Assembly (NCBI GenBank): GCA_030141605.1
Contig: JAQGDQ010000223.1
Location: 66,642 to 130,641 of the forward strand
Direction of reading: 5' to 3'
DNA: 64,000 nucleotides
From: Tubiluchus corallicola
Lineage: Eukaryota > Animalia > Priapulida
In this document: one piece after another, positions 61,241-64,000 of the stretch
How the letters are laid out: each line of letters opens with the position of its first letter
Position numbering within the stretch: position 1 is the first letter of the stretch
Notes under the pieces: model-generated
What the model was told of the DNA's origin: nothing
Database searches by the model: none
Seen by the model: the letters and a program-made list of their open reading frames with translations, nothing else
Translations under genes and position numbers: made by a program

Positions 61241-61652
61241 ACTATACACAAATATTAGCAGCGAAATATGTTACATGAGTTAAAACTAAATGATTGATGA
61301 AACAACCTAGTGCAAAAAAATAGGAAATATTAAGCTGTAGCAATAGTTGTTGCAGTAGTTGCAGCAACTGTTGTAGCTAAAAAATTAGCGATCGAAATCA
61401 AACTTAAAGTATTTAATGCTTTTGTCACAAAATTGTTTCGATACCTAAATATGCACATTATTCGGAAAATTTAGGCCTTCTCATTACTAAACAAGTCGGC
61501 TATTTGGTCAGTTCAGTCAAATACAATAAATTTCACAACGAGCCCTAATGGATATAAGTTTCATAATCATGGAAAGTGATTTATTACTACTGTGCCGCAA
61601 ATAATTTACTGGAGTTTGAGTGTGAAATTTGCACAGAAAGCGAAGCGAGAAT

Positions 61653-61794
<142 letters not shown>

Positions 61795-62809
61795 CTATTA
61801 GAAGCGGCTGATAAAAGGTTAATTGTCTGTTACGAAATAAGAATTGACAAAATTAGTTACTATTTTGCGTAATGATGAGTTATTCACTGGTAACTAGTCT
61901 TTAAGTCGAGTAACAAAGTTGTAAGCTGATACAATTGCTATGGGAAGTAGGTAATAAGAAAACTACAAAGCACAAATGAGTACATCCCAGGAAATTCAGT
62001 GTTTCCTAATGAGCTCATGGCTTAAAAATCGACTTATTCTCAAATGGATGTTCAAATTTAACTTTCAATTTGGCACGCACGAAATATTATCAGTTTTAAA
62101 AACGTTGTTACACCACTGCACCTAGTATCACTTACGTTTACATGTTAGCTCTTATGGCATGGAAATCACTCTGTCATTTGCTGTGCATTGCACACTGTTA
62201 AGCTTTTTTCAGGAAGGCTGCAACAAGCGACATGTGGATGTAAGTCTCCATTAGGATGATTTCGACAAAAAGCCAAAGCGTTTCAGAAAAAAAGATCAAA
62301 GCCTTTTGGGTTACAAAGCTAGAGGAGATCGTGAACATTTAATTATTTTCCTTCCTAAAAGCTGTTCCATAATTTCTACGAATATTTGTAAACAACTTAC
62401 GTGATTGAAAAGGGAGTTGCACTACGACTGTTAGCCGAAAAAAGGGGACTGACTGGATACAGCTCAGCTGGGTACAGAGACTGCGTATGTTATGAGATCA
62501 CTAATCATACAAGCGAAAGCGCACGTGTAGGTTCCTGTTTGTCGGGATTCGTCCCTAATAGTAGCCTAGTGTCTGTCTATGAACGTTTCGGAGTCGTAAG
62601 CTTCCAAAGTGCAGAACTATTTCTTGATTTTTTAATGTCCCGGGAAAGAGGACCAAAATGCAAAATCTTGTAAAAATATCCAAAACGTTGTGTGAATGGC
62701 TCAAAGAATCATTCCTGAAAGTTTGTGGGCTTATATGTAGCTGTATCAAATCAGTCCACATTTCATTAAAATTTGGCCTTAATAGAACAGACTTTAACGA
62801 ATGAATTAG

Positions 62810-64000
62810 ATATGCGTAAACTCAGGCTTGCTGAACATGCCCAAAATAGTAACTCTAGAGATCGTTTCAAAGAATTAAATGCAATGAAAGGCGGCAATAA
62901 TCTTACAAATAATTGTGTTGCGAGGGCCTAACACATGAGATGAGATTAAAGTGAAAATGAGATTAAAAACTTCTTTTCTGAAGAATATGAAAAACATTAC
63001 GATGCTAACAAAATGCAGCTTTTAACACAACATGCTAACAACTTTTTGTTTTCTGTGAACGACATAGCTACAGGTATTACTCACCAATCTGGTAAAGGCG
63101 ACAGTTCTACGGTTCTCTCTTCTGATCATTTAATAAATAGCTCACACATCTTATTTATTCACTTAAGCATGTTGTTTAACATGATAATCAACCATGGCAC
63201 AGTTCCTAACAGTTTCTTTATTCTAATGTAGTACCCATAGTTAAAGATGAACGAGGTAATTTGTCAGCTATACCTAACTACTGAGGCATTGCATTAACTT
63301 CTTCTCCGAGCAAACTTCTAGATTTGTTAATTTTGGGTAAATACAGTCACTTACTATGCACATAAGACCAACAATTCGGCTTCAAACCTAAATTATCCAC
63401 ATCCATGTGTACAATTGCTGTTAAAGAAACTGTCAATCATTACTTAAGCAATGGTTGTCCTGTGTATTGTGCCATGCTTAATGCATCGAAAGCATTCGAT
63501 AAGGTTCATTACTGTAGGCTGTTTAATTTGTTAATTGATAGAAACATCCCTTATTGCGTAATAAGAGTTTCGTTAAATTTATATACGTAGCAATATGCTT
63601 ACGCTAAATGGAATAATTTCATATCTAAAGAAACGCATCTCTCTAATGGGGTAAGACAAGGGGCAATATTATCTCCTATTTTATTTGGTGTCTATATTGA
63701 TGTCTACTGGTTAAGTTACCTAATTCTGATATTGGATCTAAGGTTGGCAACCTTTATACTGGGGCCCTCCGCTACGCAGATGATGTATCATTGCTCGCAC
63801 CTAATGCTAAATCTATCACTTCAATATAAATTTCTCTAACATGCAAAATGATAAGGTAAAAAGTAAATGTATTATTTTTAGAAACGGTAAGTATAAAGTA
63901 AAACAACGCAGTTCTCTAATTTCAATTAAAAACAGACCATTATCTTTTTGCAATTAGGTTGCTCATTTGGGTCTCATTTTAACTTTTGATTTACAAGATG
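62810..64000 (+). pseudogene. Decayed non-LTR retrotransposon reverse transcriptase (runs off the window end)
   Basis: HLSMLFNMIINHGTVP, VVPIVKD..GNLS..NY*GIAL, QQFGFKPKLST, VYCAMLNASKAFDKV, NGVRQGAILSPILFGVYID and YADDVSLLAP are LINE RT motifs in order, with in-frame stops and frameshifts. Confidence 0.92.

Overview
AT-rich, intron-containing animal (probably invertebrate) genomic DNA; not prokaryotic. I spliced three genes by hand. (1) NUS1/NgBR, the cis-prenyltransferase partner subunit: minus strand, 5 exons, 1703-7047, 263 aa, ending in RFGK. (2) A complete multi-exon radical-SAM gene of the ArsS / rSAM Cys-rich (DUF3641-type) family: plus strand, about 11641-18397, about 388 aa. It has CNQACSHC, GGAPE, ASLPCY, LVYNP, TNMPI, DCDFNQ and a C-terminal HCFGCTSGMGSSC, and one GC-AG intron. 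This family is characterised in cyanobacteria as the arsenosugar-biosynthesis enzyme, so an intact animal copy is the main finding. (3) A KChIP/KCNIP neuronal calcium sensor: minus strand, core exons 23310-35695, with several candidate first exons out to about 60 kb. The rest is decayed LINEs, a frameshifted Harbinger transposase, hAT and Tourist MITEs, tRNA- and 5S-derived SINE relics, a long inverted repeat in the last KChIP intron, palindromes carrying Penelope-type hammerhead ribozyme cores, and many microsatellites. Almost all short ORFs in the supplied track are spurious. All family assignments come from motif recognition; no database search was run.
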